DNA of 64,000 nt, from positions 373,054,001-373,118,000 of the forward strand of contig OZ024743.1 in assembly GCA_964016885.1 (NCBI GenBank). Reading direction: 5' to 3'. This document shows, one piece after another, positions 60,003 through 64,000 of the stretch; position 1 is the stretch's first letter; each line of letters starts with the position of its first letter. The DNA is from Eledone cirrhosa. Its lineage: Eukaryota. A program made the translations under genes and the position numbers. The notes under the pieces were generated by a model. That model was not told the DNA's origin, searched no databases, and saw only the letters and a program-made list of their open reading frames with translations.

Positions 60003-61651
60003 TACTTATACTCGCGCATATAAACCTGTCTGCATGCCCATGTATGAAACTGGGTAAGTAACAAAAGAGGGAAGGGGGGGGAGAAGAAAAAAGAAACAAA
60101 AAAATATAAAACCGAAATGTCAAAAACACGGATATAAAGACACTTACACATACGCATAATATACACACGCGCACACACACAAACACCAGTACACACACGC
60201 ATACATACACGTACATATACATATAAATATATATATATATACACATACATGCACGCACGCGCGCGCACATACGTAGTCACTCATGTACATATATAAAAAA
60301 ATTATACACACATTAAGGCGTTCAACCATATTGAAATGTGGATAAATAAATACAAATATAAAATTGTAAGATAGGCTGCGCAAAAATAAAATAAAAATAA
60401 AAATGAAAAATATATCTGAATTGAAAAACACAAAAGACAAGTATAATCAGTTAGTAGAGGAAAAAGGGAAGTAAAAAATAGAAAATAGGAAGTTGATCGG
60501 AGAATAAGGGGGGGGGGGGGGGGGTGAAGTAAAAATAAATAAAAAAATAAATAAAAGTGAAAATAAATGAAATTATCGACAAGGATAAGAATGAAAGTAA
60601 GTCAGAAAGGGTAATTAAAAAGAGAATAATCAGAGTTTATGGAGGATAAGTGTCTGAAAGTGTGTTAAGTTTATATGAGCTGGAAAGCAGGTGTGATTTC
60701 ATGTGTGGACAACTGGTAAACATTTCCGTCTTTGTGTTCAGGCAGGTCTTTGGTGATTTGAGATTTTGCAATATCCAAAATTTTTCATTTATGCAGAGCG
60801 TGCATTTTCTTGTTCCTCTAGCATATTTTTTAGATTGGTTCAAAATTGACCAATCTAGTTTATATTGGATGCCTTGGTCTTTCAAATCCCAGATTCTGCT
60901 AGCCAGAGCTGTTGTAAATCTTTTTTCTGGATGTCGAAAGGATGCGACATGTGAGTAATAACGCGTTTTGAATTTGTCTTGCGTCATACCCACATATCGT
61001 TCACTGGTGGCTGGTTGGTTGTTGCTGATGGTTGTCACTTTAGCCGCATATACAATGGCTTTGATGTTGTATTTACCTTGTAATGGGTATTCACTTTTGA
61101 CTCTACAGGAGCAAGTTTGATTTTCTCTAGGTGATGTTTTGTTGAGGATATAGGACTTAATAGGGGGACCGCAGGAATAGCTAATTTTAACACAGTTTCT
61201 GTTAAAGATCTTATAGTATCTATGTGTTCTAGGGAAATGTTTATCTAGGAGTTCTAGGAATTTTTTGCCTACATAAGTTTTAACTGCTAGAGAGTAGGGG
61301 GTTGTGAACCAGATTATTTTTCTTTTCCTATTTTTATGTTTAATAGAGTTAGTGTAGTTAGGTATGTATTTAATCGGTTCGCTAAAGCCGCTATTTTGGA
61401 GGGCTTTATTATAGTAGGGGGATGCCTTATTGAAAATAGCTTCTGATGAAGAGAGGGTGGAGATCCTACGGCTAATATTAGGGATAGGTTTTTAAAAACT
61501 ATAGGTGGATGGCAAGATCCTTTATTTATATATTTTAAGTTTTCATTAGGTTTATGGTATGGTTTATAAGAAGCAGTAGGCAAATCTAGGTTTATATCTA
61601 GGAAATCTACATTGGAAAGGTTAGTATCAATAGTAATTTTAAGATTAAAAC
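59293..61651 (-). mobile_element. 5'-truncated, frameshifted Hydra-like PLE with a long 3' region
   Basis: VDFLDINLDLPTASYKPYHKPN, WFTTPYS, RYVGMTQDKFKTRYYSH, CTLCINEK, LNTKTE...CPH; stop at 60637. Confidence 0.88.
59395..59472 (-). ncRNA. Type I hammerhead ribozyme in the PLE 3' region
   Basis: 10-bp stem I AUUGCCUCGU/AUGAGGUAAU; CUGACGA; stem II CGAAUGA/UCAUUCG; GAAA; stem III ACC-UCU-GGU; GUA triplet; same strand as the PLE ORF. Confidence 0.85.
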
Positions 61652-61754
61652 TATATATTATATATATATATATATATATTCATATATATTCATATATATA
61701 TATATATATTCATATATATTCATATATATATATATATTCATATATATATATATA

Positions 61755-63502
61755 TCATCATCATCATCATCATCATCAACGTTTAACGTCCGTGTTCCAC
61801 GCTTGCATGGGTTTGGACGGGGGTAGTCCCACTTGAGGCAAGAGTGATTGTCTTGCTCGCATAGGACTGTCTGGCAGGTTTTCTACAGTTGGATGCCCTT
61901 CCTAACACCAACCACATTTACAGTGTGGGTCTGGGAGGTTTTTACCGTGTTGCCTACACGGCCACATTACAGCGTGGACTGTGTTTTTTTGTCGTGACAC
62001 CTACACGATCTCATTTGTTTCGGCCTCGATGGCGCGGCACCAACATAACTTTACATAGAACGGGGTGGTGTGGATGGGGTGGGGGCGGGGTGGTGGGACG
62101 GGGTGTATTTTGTTAGAGATGCCTACTGATTGTAGTAGGTTTTACTATGTATTTAGGTAAGGCGGGTCTTCTCTGTTACTGAGTACCGCCAAAGGTCTCG
62201 GTCCAGTGACATTGTCTTGGAGAGGTGTAAGTGTGTGATGTCGGAGTTTATCAGCTCGTCCCAGGTTTTCCTAGGTCTGCCTATTCCGTGACTACCGTCT
62301 ATCTTTATTGCCCTGCACTTTGTTATACAGCTATCGACTTTCATGCGCATCACGTGTCCATACCAACGTAGCCTTCTCTCGAGTAAACAACATCTGATCC
62401 CTCTTATCTCTAATTTTTTCCTTAGTTCGTTTATGCTTTGCTGTTCACGTATATTACTGTTACACATCCAGCGGAGCATGCAAGCTTCGTTCCTCTCTAG
62501 TCTGCGTATATCCTCTGCACACAATGCCCAGGTCTCACTGCCGTGCAGCATTGCTGTTCGTATGCAGGCATCGTACAACCTGCCTTTCATTTTTAGTGAG
62601 AACCCTTTAGCAGCTAATAGTGGTATAAGCTCTCTGAACTTTTTCCAACCAGTTCTGACTCTAGCTACAGTACTTTCAGAGCACCCTCCCCCACTGCTGA
62701 TTTTATCGCCCAGGTAACGGAAGCTGTCCACTATTTCTATAGAACCCTCTGCGCAATTGAAAGAGCTAGTAGTTTGTGGGCACTTGCTGCTACTTATTGC
62801 ACCAGAGCACCGGCCACATGTAAAATCTATGTTCTTAGTTAGCTTACCTGTGATCCCACTACATCTTTTATGCACCCATACTTTGCATTTAGGACATAAA
62901 ATGGAGTTTCTACCTACGCCTTTCCTACACACCGAGCACGACCATTTCCCAGAAGGGACCGCCGCCTTGTTTTCTTTCCTACAAACTAGTACTTTGGTCT
63001 TAGCCAGGTTAATTTTAAGTCCTTTTGACTCTAGGCCGTGCTTCCATGTTTGGAATTTCTTCTCTAGCTCGGCCATTGATTCCGCTATGAGTGTCAGGTC
63101 GTCTGCGTATAGGAGTTCCCATGGGCAGCCTGTCTTGAACTCCTCTGTTATAGCCTGAAGGGCAATAATAAATAGTAGTGGGCTGAGAACAGAGCCCTGA
63201 TGGACGCCAACTTTTACGCTAAACTCTTCACTATATTCGTTGTTAATTCTAACCTTGCTGACTGTTTCTTTATACATGGCTTGTATAGCCCTCACAAGCC
63301 ATTCGTCAACGCCTAGTTTTCTAAGAGCCCACCAGATAATGGAGCGGGGGACTCTGTCGAAGGCTTTCTCCAAGTCGACAAAAGCTAAGTAGAGGGGTTT
63401 ACCTTTAGATAGGTACTTCTCCTGTAGTTGTCGTACTATGAAAAGAGCGTCTGTGGTACTTTTGCCTGACACAAACCCGAACTGCATTTCATCTAGGTCA
63501 AA
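61755..63502 (-). mobile_element. 5'-truncated RTE LINE (sister family of 12101-17166); open frame 62153-63487
   Basis: QFGF...YADD...PHD-like finger...RLRWYGHV; 3' UTR and (CAT)n tail. Confidence 0.92.
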
Positions 63503-63536
63503 TTCATATATATATATTCATATATATATATAAATA

Positions 63537-63572
<36 letters not shown>

Positions 63573-63600
63573 TATATATATATATATATATATTCATATA

Positions 63601-63632
<32 letters not shown>

Positions 63633-64000
63633 CATATATATTTATATATATATGCATATTTATATATATACATATTTATATATGTATTTATATATACATA
63701 TTTATATATATATATATACATATTTATATATGTATTTATATATACATATTTATATATATATATATACATATTTATATGTATATTTATATATATATATTTA
63801 TATATACATATTTATATATATATATTTCATCATCATCATTATCATCGTTTAACGTCCATCTTCCATGCTAGCATGGGTCTGGACGAGAATTGTCCCACTT
63901 GAGGCAAGATTGGTTGTCTTGCTCAGGACTGTCTAGCGGCTTTTCTATGGCTGGATGCTCTTCCTAGCACCAAACACGTTTACAGTGTGGACTGGGAGGT

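Overview
Eukaryotic, AT-rich, repeat-dominated DNA. The repeat content (RTE LINEs with (CAT)n tails, tRNA-derived Nin-type SINEs, multi-kb (TA)n fields) suggests an invertebrate, probably a cephalopod such as Octopus; this is inference. The only host gene evidence is the last two coding exons of a MARCH-type RING-CH membrane E3 ligase (17438-17527, 21704-22066, +). A near-intact 5 kb RTE LINE lies antisense just upstream. From about 23.8 kb the window is a (TA)n field with position-specific variant units that has been hit repeatedly by retroelements: a very young head-to-tail tandem of an intact Penelope-like element (PLE; RT + GIY-YIG, Naiad-like, 49392-57467), two Hydra-like PLE fragments, CR1 and RTE fragments, and several perfect fold-back palindromes. 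Folding by eye gave five complete type-I hammerhead ribozymes (26561, 35985, 39366, 41341, 59395) from four sequence families, plus several truncated ones. Most sit close to element termini that abut (TA)n, and one family is a non-coding ~0.9 kb element with a 187 bp mini-derivative. The long Y/I-rich ORFs in the ORF track are microsatellite artefacts.
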